A program made the translations under genes and the position numbers. Below the pieces are notes generated by a model. It did not search any database. It was not told the DNA's origin and saw only the letters and a list, made by a program, of their open reading frames with translations. A stretch of DNA of 12,979 nt from Chlamydiota bacterium (lineage in GTDB: Bacteria; Chlamydiota; Chlamydiia; Chlamydiales; SM23-39), in NCBI GenBank assembly GCA_038534095.1, contig JBCAXK010000042.1, positions 1-12,979 of the forward strand, in the 5' to 3' direction. This document shows, piece by piece, positions 1 to 8,771 of the stretch; within the stretch, counting starts at the first letter, position 1, and the number at the start of each line of letters is the position of its first letter.

Positions 1-1385
1 ACGCCCCCATCCAAAGTGACTTCCCCTGTCAGCTGATCTCCTGAGCTGACCGATACTACGCCTTCTGCAATCGTTAAAGGGGCGTCTGTCTGCGCGGCGT
101 TGCTCGTATTTGTTAGGGAAAGCGTTCCTGAGCCCGTTTTTGTGTAAGAGCCAGGGCCTTCTACAGCTCCCGCCTGCGTGAACGTTGTTCCGGGTAAAGG
201 GGTACTGATCTCTCCACCATTTGCGCCCATGACTAACCCAAAATTCTGCGTTAAGGAGCTTGTCGCTTCCAAAGCGCCCCCGTCCAAAGTGACTTCCCCT
301 ATCAGTTGATCTCCTGAGCCGACCGATACCACTCCCTCTTCAATGATTAAAGGAGAATTTAACGCAGAATTGCCTGTATTCGTCAGAACAAGAGTCCCTA
401 CGCCCGTTTTTGTCAATGAACCAGCTCCAGAAGTTCCAAGAATGGCTCCACTGTGGGTAAAGGTGTTCGAACCAGTATCAATCGTTACAGTCCCCAAGGG
501 CCCAGATGGTGTGATGAACAGGGAGCCTGTCAGCTCTGTATCTTCTATAAGTTGCAACGTAGTGCCTACTATGCAGCTCACTACTCCCCCATTTAATGCT
601 AGCTGATCTGCATTCGCAACAGACAAGGTCCCCGCCACGATTCCTGTCGATGAAAGTCCATTGTTATTGTTTGTAAAAATCAAAGTTCCGTTGCCTTCTT
701 TGATTAAAACGCCGCCTGTTACCTCTCCGCTCACTGTAAAACTATTGCCAGCACCTACAGAGATGATCCCTTGATTTGCGAAAGTGAAATTTCTATCTGT
801 TGTGGTGAATGTAGATAGCGGCTCGAAGACTGCGGACACATCCAGAGTAACTGTTCCCACGCCCCCTAAGCTCGCAACAGAAAGTATCGATCCACTTTGT
901 AAATCAATATCTCCAGTGAAGGTGTTATTCAAATTCAATAAAGAAAGCTGACCAAGACCTGTGCGGGTAAGGGTGCCTGTTCCAGAAAAAACCCCTCCTA
1001 GGTCCAAACTCGTACTCGCTGCTGTACTGACTGCCATTCCTGTAGCTGTGATGACAGGAGCGTTGATCACATGAGATCCTGCGCTTACAGTCACTGCGCC
1101 GTTGATTGTTAAACTGCTACTATTCGACGGATCTAGCGTGTAAGAAAAACTATTATCAAAGGTCAAACCGGTAATGGTAAAATTCTGATCGATGGTAATT
1201 GTCCTGGGCTGAGTAATGATATTCCCTAGGTCTGCTGTCGGCTCTCCTATAGAACCTGGCACATTTGTAGGATTCCAGTTTGTGGCGAGGGACCATATCC
1301 CGTTACCATCTACGTTCCAGGCAGAGGCATCCAAAACAGCAAATTTACACAAAGCAAGCGTGAACCATAGATAGAAACGTTTCAT
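1..1385 (-). CDS. Autotransporter-associated beta-strand-repeat (passenger) protein, N-terminal ~461 aa; runs off the left edge
   Basis: Hand translation from ATG 1385 (SD AAGGGA at 1391-1396) gives MKRFYLWFTLALCKFAVLDASAWNVDGNGIWSLATNWNP..., with no stop seen down to position 3. It has a signal-peptide-like N-terminus, a W-x-G-x-W-xxxx-NW cap and is G/T/S/N/V-rich. Four passenger repeats are visible: TLTRTGLGQLSLLNLNNTFTG, VLIKEGNGTLIFTNNNN, SLTKTGVGTLVLTNTGN, SYTKTGSGTLSLTNTSN. The barrel domain is not in the window. Confidence 0.9.
   Translation of the reverse strand, partial: MKRFYLWFTLALCKFAVLDASAWNVDGNGIWSLATNWNPTNVPGSIGEPTADLGNIITQPRTITIDQNFTITGLTFDNSFSYTLDPSNSSSLTINGAVTVSAGSHVINAPVITATGMAVSTAASTSLDLGGVFSGTGTLTRTGLGQLSLLNLNNTFTGDIDLQSGSILSVASLGGVGTVTLDVSAVFEPLSTFTTTDRNFTFANQGIISVGAGNSFTVSGEVTGGVLIKEGNGTLIFTNNNNGLSSTGIVAGTLSVANADQLALNGGVVSCIVGTTLQLIEDTELTGSLFITPSGPLGTVTIDTGSNTFTHSGAILGTSGAGSLTKTGVGTLVLTNTGNSALNSPLIIEEGVVSVGSGDQLIGEVTLDGGALEATSSLTQNFGLVMGANGGEISTPLPGTTFTQAGAVEGPGSYTKTGSGTLSLTNTSNAAQTDAPLTIAEGVVSVSSGDQLTGEVTLDGG
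2..415. repeat. Intragenic tandem duplication, period about 270-273 nt (90-91 aa)
   Basis: 2-56 vs 275-329 match at 51/55 nt; CCCGTTTTTGT recurs at 133 and 403. Protein: EGVVSVSSGDQLTGEVTLDGG vs EGVVSVGSGDQLIGEVTLDGG. Confidence 0.9.
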
Positions 1386-1398
1386 AGCGATCCCTTAG

Positions 1399-1486
1399 TC
1401 AATAAAACTACTCTTCACTTTCCTGTAGCACATTTGTCCTAATCAGTAAAACAACTCTTCATTTCCCTGTACCACATTTGTCCTGA
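1399..1486. repeat. Two-copy 44-bp tandem repeat directly upstream of the autotransporter SD
   Basis: 1399-1442 TCAATAAAACTACTCTTCACTTTCCTGTAGCACATTTGTCCTAA vs 1443-1486 TCAGTAAAACAACTCTTCATTTCCCTGTACCACATTTGTCCTGA; 38/44 identical, ungapped. Confidence 0.95.
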
Positions 1487-1812
1487 TATTCTGCTCCCTC
1501 TTTATTGCCCTTTACCGCAAATCCATGCATGCTAAGAAGAGTAAAACCGTTTAGTACCATTTTGTAAATTTCAACCCTTCAGAAAGGAGCTAGACGCTCT
1601 GCTTTCCTATTGACGTCACCAATCACATCTCTAAAATGAGAAAGAAACTCTCTTCAAAGAGTGATCAAAAAAAGACCGTTTTTGTGCAAACCGGGAGCTC
1701 CTTGGAAAAACTGCGCAAAAAGGCTTGCTATCATGATCTAAGTACCAAGGTCGGAGGTCATCAGGAAATATAAAATGGGATAGTAAAAGAATTTTCTTAA
1801 GAGATGCAAGGT

Positions 1813-1885
<73 letters not shown>

Positions 1886-1899
1886 TTACATGCAAAGTA

Positions 1900-1929
1900 A
1901 GCATATCGAGAGAAGTAGATTTTCGTAAA
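1900..1929 (-). promoter_or_regulatory. Putative sigma66/70 promoter of tRNA-Phe
   Basis: TTTACG-N18-TATGCT on the minus strand, ending 14 nt before the tRNA 5' end. Confidence 0.45.
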
Positions 1930-2227
1930 GAAGGAAAACAGGAAATTCTTCTAACTTAAGAGATGCGTGTGGAAGAAATAAGAACCTAAGAGTTTTTCTA
2001 GCACCGTTTTTTAAAACGGGAACCAAAAAGCGCTTGTTTGAACGCTTAGCGACAAGGTTTTGTAGACACTGCCCAAATGACCCTAGGGAAAAGCGAAGGT
2101 GCGCCAAAGGAGATCTTCTTTTAGAAGGAAGGTAAGGTAGGCCTTTTTATCCGCCCTACACAAGAGCTTGTGCCGATCTACAAGCGCTACAAAGTCAATT
2201 GTTGGACCAGATGGCTAACAAGAGCGT

Positions 2228-4264
2228 TTAAGAAGCATTTTTTAAATGCTCTTGCTCGGCGCTTGTGTCAAGAGACTGCTTGCTTTGCAAATAGATGATG
2301 TCTCTCAGGACGTTGATCGCCTCTTCCATCTGGAGATCTTCTAATCCAAAATTCCTAAGGAGATCTACAGAAACGTTGGGATCCCCTTCTATCCGCTTTT
2401 TGATGTTTTCTTGGTTTTGTAAAAAGGCTTGATAGCTAGGATTCTTTTGAATCCGGGCTTTGCTATTTTTTCGAAGGTAGGGAAGCATGGCATGGTACAT
2501 ATCCATTTTTTCCTGCAAGTAAGGCAGGTAATTGGCTTCTAGCCAGCCCCGGACATGAGGGTCGACATCGGCTAAAGAGTCCTCATAAGCAGGTGATACT
2601 TTATCTGCTTTCAACGGGTGCTGTAAGTACTCCTCCCCTAGCTGAAAAGGAGCAAAGCTTGTTGGAATCACAATATCTGCAATCACCCCCCGCATTTGTG
2701 TAGTTCTTCCCGAAACCGTGTAGTATTTCCCAATCGTTACTTTGAAATAGATATCAGGGTCATCGCTTGTGATGGTTTGGTACTGTATCGATCCCTTTCC
2801 AAAGGTGCGCACGTCACCAACAACAAGAGCTACCCCATAATCTTGCAACGCTTGGGCCACAATTTCAGAAGCAGACGCAGAAATTTTCGACGTAAGGACA
2901 AGGAGAGGCCCGTGGTAGCTCGCTCTCGGATCGATGCTCCGAAGGTAATGGATCTCATTTTGCCCATATTTTGAGATCACAACCACCCCACTTTTGATGA
3001 AAAGAGCCGCTACCTTCACTGCCTGACTTAAAAATCCTCCCCCATTTTCCCGAAGATCGAGTACAAGGCCCTTTAGCTCCCCTTGAGACCTGAGGGTCAA
3101 GAGCGCTTTTTTGATGTCCATTTCGCTCGTTACATCTCCCCCGTTATCGTAAAAGGCTCGGAGAGTAATGCAACCGATGATCCCGCTACCAAACGGGGAG
3201 TATTTGAGAGAAATCCGCTCTTGATCCATCACGATAGGCGCTTTTTCTAAAGTGACATAAAAAGTCTCTATGTCAGCCCCCTCTTCCCTTCTTTCGATGC
3301 CAAGCTCAATACTAGGCTTATCCCGTTGCTTGAGGTGGGCAAGCACTCCTGTGAGCGTTAGCTCATCTGCCGGCTTCCCATCAAGCTCGATAATGAGATC
3401 TTTTTCCTGCAAGATTCCTTGCTGCTCTGCCGGAGATCCTGGGATGATTTTCGCAATGAATACCCCATCAATGCTTTCTCCCAATACAATCCCAAACCCT
3501 TCAAATTGTTTTTCCAAGTGGAATCTGAGCTCTTTAGCCTCCTCTGGGCTAAAATAAGAGGAGTGGGCGTCCAAACTTTTCGCAAAGGCTTTTAAAATCC
3601 GGACAGAGAACTGGTGTTCGTGCATCCTCGGGTCTAATAGGTTCCCTTGAAGATCCAAGGCATAGTAAGGGTTTTCCCGTTCTTGGAGCTTCATCAGAAA
3701 AAACAGCGCTAGTTGCTCTCTTCTTTCGGGGGTATCAATCTTGGTGTGCCTCTGATGATGCAAGTAAAAACGCATGAGTTTCCCTTTTAAGCGCTCTTTT
3801 AGCTCCCTTTCGTTCCGAGCGTAGGTTTGCTTTTCCCGGACATCGACATCGTAAAAAGTGGGATCAGACATCCAGCCGCTTGCCCCTTTTCTGATTTTCT
3901 TTGAGCGTTTGATCGCAGTTTTGATCAGATCATCCATAGCGTAAAAAACGGAAAAATTCCCTCGAGCCATATTTTTAGCGATTTTTGCGGCTCTCTGACG
4001 ACTCATCGAAGCGTAAAGAGCGCGCTCCTCTTCTAGGAGATAGATCCTCTCTGGATCAAATTGGTCAATATAGATCGCAAAGCAGCGGCGAACGATTTCT
4101 CCATCAAGCGCTTTTTTCTCAACATGATAGCGAAAAAACTTTTCCATCACGGTAGGGATTTCTTCCGTACTGATCAGAGATGCCTTTCTTGCTTCAAGAA
4201 GGCCTTGGCTCAGGAAACTGACTCCAAAGATGAGATAAATCGCGGAAAACACTCGCTGCAACAT
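2228..4264 (-). CDS. tsp: Tail-specific (carboxyl-terminal processing) protease, S41A family, with PDZ domain
   Basis: LDAHSSYFSP, PDZ loop FEGFGIVL, LVLDLRENGGGFL, catalytic Ser motif SASASEIVAQALQDY and Lys motif RTFGKGSIQ. N-terminal signal/anchor; SD AGGGAG 5 nt before the ATG. Confidence 0.95.
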   Translation of the reverse strand: MLQRVFSAIYLIFGVSFLSQGLLEARKASLISTEEIPTVMEKFFRYHVEKKALDGEIVRRCFAIYIDQFDPERIYLLEEERALYASMSRQRAAKIAKNMARGNFSVFYAMDDLIKTAIKRSKKIRKGASGWMSDPTFYDVDVREKQTYARNERELKERLKGKLMRFYLHHQRHTKIDTPERREQLALFFLMKLQERENPYYALDLQGNLLDPRMHEHQFSVRILKAFAKSLDAHSSYFSPEEAKELRFHLEKQFEGFGIVLGESIDGVFIAKIIPGSPAEQQGILQEKDLIIELDGKPADELTLTGVLAHLKQRDKPSIELGIERREEGADIETFYVTLEKAPIVMDQERISLKYSPFGSGIIGCITLRAFYDNGGDVTSEMDIKKALLTLRSQGELKGLVLDLRENGGGFLSQAVKVAALFIKSGVVVISKYGQNEIHYLRSIDPRASYHGPLLVLTSKISASASEIVAQALQDYGVALVVGDVRTFGKGSIQYQTITSDDPDIYFKVTIGKYYTVSGRTTQMRGVIADIVIPTSFAPFQLGEEYLQHPLKADKVSPAYEDSLADVDPHVRGWLEANYLPYLQEKMDMYHAMLPYLRKNSKARIQKNPSYQAFLQNQENIKKRIEGDPNVSVDLLRNFGLEDLQMEEAINVLRDIIYLQSKQSLDTSAEQEHLKNAS

Positions 4265-4516
4265 GGTCGCTCCCTTTCTATAATCTAAGTTGAGGGCAGG
4301 TCAAAAAAAAACCGCAAAAAAATAGCTCAAAGCGCCAGTAGCAAGGTCTTATCTGCCCACCCTCTTTTTGTATTATAGAAAAGATTTTATTTAATAATAA
4401 ATCGTTTTTTAAACTTATTATTAAATTTAATTCACTTTGTTTAAATTAAATAAAATAAGATGATTTTTTTTAAAAAGAAAAAATAAACCAAAATTTCTTC
4501 TGTTCGCGAAATCTTT

Positions 4517-4546
4517 TTGCAAATAAATCTCTGATCACGCTATATT
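4517..4546 (+). promoter_or_regulatory. Putative sigma66/70 promoter of the rpsL operon
   Basis: TTGCAA-N18-TATATT preceded by a very AT-rich tract; SD AGGAG at 4582-4586. Confidence 0.6.
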
Positions 4547-4598
4547 TTCTCTCTATAGGAACATCATTTTACCATTTGTTTAGGAGACCTCACGCACT

Positions 4599-4970
4599 AT
4601 GCCCACCATCAATCAAATCATTCGAAAGGGACGGCAGAAAAAAACGAAACGAAAAAAGTCCCCAGCTCTCGTTAAATGCCCACAAAGACGTGGTGTCTGT
4701 TTGCAGGTGAAAACTAAAACACCCAAAAAACCGAACTCAGCTCTACGAAAAGTAGCTTGGGTCCGTCTATCAAATGGGCAAGAAGTCATCGCCTACATCC
4801 CCGGTGAGGGGCACAACCTCCAAGAGCACAGCATTGTTCTCGTCAGAGGAGGCCGGGTAAAAGATCTTCCTGGGGTCCGTTATCACATTGTTCGCGGCGC
4901 TTTAGATTGCGCTTCGGTCAAGGACCGGAAACAGTCCCGATCGAAGTATGGGGCAAAAAAAGCTAAATAA
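4599..4970 (+). CDS. rpsL: 30S ribosomal protein S12 (uS12)
   Basis: [47 protein letters not shown] signatures. Confidence 0.99.
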   Translation: MPTINQIIRKGRQKKTKRKKSPALVKCPQRRGVCLQVKTKTPKKPNSALRKVAWVRLSNGQEVIAYIPGEGHNLQEHSIVLVRGGRVKDLPGVRYHIVRGALDCASVKDRKQSRSKYGAKKAK

Positions 4971-4987
4971 GAGAAGAAGGTAACTAC

Positions 4988-5461
4988 ATGTCCAGAAGAC
5001 GAAAAGCGGAAAAAAGAAAGGAAGAGCCAGATCCAGTATGGAACAGCTTTATCCTCGCAAAATTCATCAACAAAGTGATGACTCAAGGGAAAAAGGCCAA
5101 AGCTCGCAATATTGTTTACAAGGCTATTGAAAAATTTGCTAAGCGGGTCAAAAAAGAATCGGAGCCTTTAGCCGCTTTTGAGGAAGCTCTTGAAAATGCT
5201 AAGCCCTCTTTAGAAGTCAAATCGAAGAGAATCGGGGGAGCCACTTACCAAGTACCGATCGAAATTGCTCCCGATAGAAAAACCTCACTAGCGATGCGTT
5301 GGATCATCAAGTTTTCCCGAGCAAAGCCAGGTAAATCGATGGTAGACGCTCTCCAAACGGAGCTCTACGATTGTTTCAACAACCAAGGCACGACCATCAA
5401 AAAGAAAGATGATACCCATAGAATGGCCGAAGCGAACAAAGCTTTCGCTCACTACAGATAA
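4988..5461 (+). CDS. rpsG: 30S ribosomal protein S7 (uS7)
   Basis: MSRRR, EVKSKRIGGATYQVP, HRMAEANKAFAHYR; lies directly after rpsL. Confidence 0.99.
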   Translation: MSRRRKAEKRKEEPDPVWNSFILAKFINKVMTQGKKAKARNIVYKAIEKFAKRVKKESEPLAAFEEALENAKPSLEVKSKRIGGATYQVPIEIAPDRKTSLAMRWIIKFSRAKPGKSMVDALQTELYDCFNNQGTTIKKKDDTHRMAEANKAFAHYR

Positions 5462-5486
5462 ACCGACCCGATAAGTAGAAAGGATC

Positions 5487-7577
5487 ATGGAACAGAAAAG
5501 ACCGAAGACCGACGAACTGAAAAACGTGCGTAACATTGGCATCATGGCCCACATTGATGCTGGAAAAACCACCACCACTGAAAGAATGCTGTTTTATTCG
5601 GGGAAAAGCCACCGTATTGGGGAAGTCCACGAGGGAGCAGCAACTATGGACTTCATGGTGCAAGAGCAAGAGCGGGGCATCACCATCACATCAGCCGCGA
5701 CAACTATCTACTGGAAAGATTCAAAGATCAACATCATCGATACTCCAGGTCACGTAGACTTTACTGTAGAAGTGGAGCGCTCTCTTCGGGTTTTGGATGG
5801 CTCTGTTGCTGTGATTTGCGCCGTTGCTGGCGTTCAGCCCCAATCAGAAACCGTTTGGCGACAAGCCAACCTATATAGAGTTCCAAGAATCGTCTTTGTC
5901 AACAAAATGGATAGAACAGGAGCCGACTTCTTTGCTGCTGTCGAGTCGATGAAAGAAAAGCTTGGAGCAAACGCCATTCCTGTCCACTGCCCCATTGGCG
6001 CAGAGGCTGAGTTCCGTGGTATGGTCGATCTCATCACCATGAAAGCATACCTCTTCCTCGACGAAACCATGGGAGCCGAATACTCTGTAGAAGAGATCCC
6101 CGAAGATCTTCTTGAGCAATGCCAAACGATGCGATCGACTCTTTTAGAAGAGCTCGCCACATTGGATGAAACCAATGAAACCTTCATGATGAAAGTGCTT
6201 GAAGATCCCGACTCACTCACCGAAGATGAGATTCATGCTATGATTCGGAAAGGGGTTTGTGAAAACAAATTCAATCCAGCCCTTTGCGGAACGGCTTTCA
6301 AGAACAAAGGTGTACAGCAAATCCTCGATGCGGTCATCCGCTGGATGCCTTCACCTGAAGATCGGGGCATCATCAAAGGAATCAATGTCAAAACCGATGA
6401 AGAAATGGACCTCGTTCCTGAGGACACGAGCCCTTTATCTGCTTTAGCGTTCAAAGTGATGACCGATCCTTATGTGGGAAAACTCACTTTCGTCCGTGTT
6501 TACAGCGGGGTTTTGACCAAAGGTTCCACCATCATCAACACCACCAAAGGAAAAAAAGAGCGGGTTTCTCGCCTCCTCGAAATGCACGCGAATCAGAGAA
6601 AAGATCGGGACCAGTTCTTCACAGGAGACATTGCCGCTTGTATCGGTCTCAAGTACACAAGTACAGGAGATACGCTCTGCGCAGAAAACTCCCCTCTTCT
6701 CTTAGAAAAGATGGAGTTCCCTGAGCCGGTGATTTCTATGGCCATCGAGCCTAAATCAAAAGCAGACCGGGAAAAGCTCTCTGTAGCGCTTTCAGCGCTC
6801 TCAGAAGAAGATCCTACGTTCCGGGTCTCGACGCATGAAGAAACGGGTGAAACGATCATTTCAGGGATGGGAGAACTCCACCTAGAAATCTTGAAAGATC
6901 GGATGATGCGAGAATTCAAAGTGGAAGCAAATGTAGGTAAGCCCCAGGTCTCCTACAAAGAAACCATCTCTGCTCCAGGAAAAGCCGATACAAAATTTGT
7001 GAAGCAAACAGGTGGCCGAGGTCAGTATGCTCACGTAGTCCTAGAAATCGAGCCAAATGAACCTGGTAAAGGTAACGAGGTTGTCAGTAAAATTGTAGGA
7101 GGAGCGATCCCTAAAGAGTACATTCCCGCGGTCATCAAGGGTGTGGAAGAGGGTCTTGCTACAGGAGTCCTAGCCGGTTTTAACTTAGTCGATGTAAAGG
7201 TACGCATCGTCTTTGGATCTTACCACGATGTCGACTCGAACGAGATGGCCTTCAAAATTTGCGCCTCCATGTCAGTGAAACAGGCCGCCAATAAATGTCA
7301 GCCTGTGATCTTAGAGCCGATCATGAAAGTCGTTGTGACAACTCCTGAAGAGTACATGGGAGATGTGATTGGTGATGTGAACCGTCGTAGGGGCAAAATT
7401 CAAGGGCAAGAGATTTCCAAAGGGATCGTTCTCATCACTTCTGAAGTCCCCCTTAGCGAGATGTTTGGTTATTCCACGCAGCTACGCTCACTCAGCTCGG
7501 GTAGAGCCACGTACACCATGGAACCAAGTCATTTTGAGAAGGTTCCTGCAAAAATCCAACAAGAATTATTAAAATAA
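5487..7577 (+). CDS. fusA: Elongation factor G
   Basis: [67 protein letters not shown]; 696 aa. Confidence 0.99.
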   Translation: MEQKRPKTDELKNVRNIGIMAHIDAGKTTTTERMLFYSGKSHRIGEVHEGAATMDFMVQEQERGITITSAATTIYWKDSKINIIDTPGHVDFTVEVERSLRVLDGSVAVICAVAGVQPQSETVWRQANLYRVPRIVFVNKMDRTGADFFAAVESMKEKLGANAIPVHCPIGAEAEFRGMVDLITMKAYLFLDETMGAEYSVEEIPEDLLEQCQTMRSTLLEELATLDETNETFMMKVLEDPDSLTEDEIHAMIRKGVCENKFNPALCGTAFKNKGVQQILDAVIRWMPSPEDRGIIKGINVKTDEEMDLVPEDTSPLSALAFKVMTDPYVGKLTFVRVYSGVLTKGSTIINTTKGKKERVSRLLEMHANQRKDRDQFFTGDIAACIGLKYTSTGDTLCAENSPLLLEKMEFPEPVISMAIEPKSKADREKLSVALSALSEEDPTFRVSTHEETGETIISGMGELHLEILKDRMMREFKVEANVGKPQVSYKETISAPGKADTKFVKQTGGRGQYAHVVLEIEPNEPGKGNEVVSKIVGGAIPKEYIPAVIKGVEEGLATGVLAGFNLVDVKVRIVFGSYHDVDSNEMAFKICASMSVKQAANKCQPVILEPIMKVVVTTPEEYMGDVIGDVNRRRGKIQGQEISKGIVLITSEVPLSEMFGYSTQLRSLSSGRATYTMEPSHFEKVPAKIQQELLK

Positions 7578-7585
7578 GGTAGATC

Positions 7586-7930
7586 ATGGCCAAGCAAGCT
7601 GATAGCCAAAAGCAAAAGAATTTAAAACAGAAGATTCGGATCCGCCTTAAGGCGTACGACCAGAAAGTGTTAGATAGATCGACAGACGATATTGCAGAAG
7701 CTGCAAAAAGAACTGGAGCCATTGTGGTCGGCCCGATCCCCCTTCCTACAAAAAAAGAGATCTATACGGTCTTGCGCTCTCCGCACGTCAACCGGAAATC
7801 GAGAGAGCAGTTTGAGATCCGTACTCATATCCGTCTCATGGATATTTTGGATCCCACTTTAGATACGATTGATAAGTTAAAAGTGCTTCCTGTAGCAGCT
7901 GGCGTGAATATCACGATCAAAGCGAGTTAA
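7586..7930 (+). CDS. rpsJ: 30S ribosomal protein S10 (uS10/NusE)
   Basis: [38 protein letters not shown]; short K/Q-rich N-terminal extension. Confidence 0.99.
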   Translation: MAKQADSQKQKNLKQKIRIRLKAYDQKVLDRSTDDIAEAAKRTGAIVVGPIPLPTKKEIYTVLRSPHVNRKSREQFEIRTHIRLMDILDPTLDTIDKLKVLPVAAGVNITIKAS

Positions 7931-8283
7931 TCTTCCTCTGGAGGAGACTCATCCCCATACGTCGTTTGAAGATCATAACTATTGATTTGGTAAGGCGGCG
8001 TATTTTCTTGTGAGACTCTTTTCCCCACAAGAGCTCCATTCATAAAAATAAAGCTATAGTACCGCTCTTCAATGACTCGTAAGCCGTTTGTGAGCCGCTC
8101 TACATAGTGGTAGGCAACCTGACCACCCTCTTCATTTGTGATCGATTCTGGCGATCCAAATTGCTCAACAATCTCTTCTTCTTTCATCCCTAAAGGCACA
8201 TGATAAAATTCTCCCATGGTCATCAGTTGCCCTGTAGCGCAAGCTTGTAATAGAACCATTAGTAAGAATACCGCTCTTTTCAC
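7927..8283 (-). CDS. Small lipoprotein, BamE/SmpA-OmlA-like fold (putative)
   Basis: MKR + hydrophobic stretch + lipobox LQAC, then [17 protein letters not shown] (GM-x-xx-E-I-xxx-F-G-x-P pattern), an aromatic YHY strand and [11 protein letters not shown]. The GTG start overlaps the upstream TGA stop. Confidence 0.7.
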   Translation of the reverse strand: MKRAVFLLMVLLQACATGQLMTMGEFYHVPLGMKEEEIVEQFGSPESITNEEGGQVAYHYVERLTNGLRVIEERYYSFIFMNGALVGKRVSQENTPPYQINSYDLQTTYGDESPPEED

Positions 8284-8771
8284 TCTGTCCCCGTATCTTC
8301 TTCCCGCTCCACCTCACCATCTAGGGGAGCTTCTGTTTGTTTCCAAATTGTGCCTTGGACCTGCGTCCTAAACTGATCTGAGGAGATGTACTCTCCTTTT
8401 AGTTTGTAGGTGCCATCATTTTGTAGTATGTACGATTCATACCCTTCGAATTTCATATTGTTTCCACGAAATTCCCAAGCGATCATTTTTTCATCAAAAA
8501 CGCCCCGACCGATGACTTTCCCCACATTCTGATTTTGCATTTCTATCCCAAAGCTCTCTTTACTGAAGTCAAAAAAGCGCATTTCATTCTGAATTCCTTC
8601 TGAAAGGCCTTGTATCTGGATATTTTGGACCGAAGTGACAATCCCAGAAAAATCCTTATCTAAAACGTTCCATACAGTATAGAAAATCAGATCTTCTTCT
8701 ACCATATTGAGTATGATTTTCCCTTCGCCCACCCAAGATCCTGGTGAAGCAATAAAACGGTGCTGCAACAT
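8280..8771 (-). CDS. Hypothetical beta-strand-rich protein, 163 aa
   Basis: Start moved from TTG 8840 to ATG 8771 because GAGAGGAG lies just upstream. The sequence MLQHRFIASPGSWVGEGKI... has a G-x-W-x-G-x-G start, alternating strand patterns and an acidic tail. Confidence 0.8.
   Translation of the reverse strand: MLQHRFIASPGSWVGEGKIILNMVEEDLIFYTVWNVLDKDFSGIVTSVQNIQIQGLSEGIQNEMRFFDFSKESFGIEMQNQNVGKVIGRGVFDEKMIAWEFRGNNMKFEGYESYILQNDGTYKLKGEYISSDQFRTQVQGTIWKQTEAPLDGEVEREEDTGTE

Noticed and set aside
343..606. 87-aa + strand ORF
   Set aside because: Antisense shadow of the autotransporter passenger gene.
1399..1486. 44-bp repeats as a CRISPR array
   Set aside because: Only two directly abutting copies, with no spacers and no cas genes.
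1636..1773. 45-aa + ORF MRKKLSSKSDQ...
   Set aside because: No SD, the ATG overlaps the candidate -10, and there is no motif.
1886..2227. 73-aa minus ORF and small hairpins between tsp and the tRNA
   Set aside because: TTG start and the ORF runs through the tRNA promoter. The hairpins are short, and I see no riboswitch or ncRNA consensus.
2696..4288. Short ORFs inside tsp (2696-2974, 3270-3557, 3358-3585, 4061-4288)
   Set aside because: Alternative-frame or antisense shadows of a well-supported gene.
4293..4360. A-tracts framed by GGGCAG/CTGCCC in the tsp leader (attenuator or phase variation)
   Set aside because: Pairing is short and distant, and the homopolymers are non-coding and common in this AT-rich spacer.
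4599..4970. Streptomycin-resistance alleles in rpsL
   Set aside because: PKKPNSA and RVKDLPG lysines are wild type.
4883..7722. Short overlapping ORFs within rpsL-rpsG-fusA-rpsJ
   Set aside because: Shadows of conserved genes with no independent signals.
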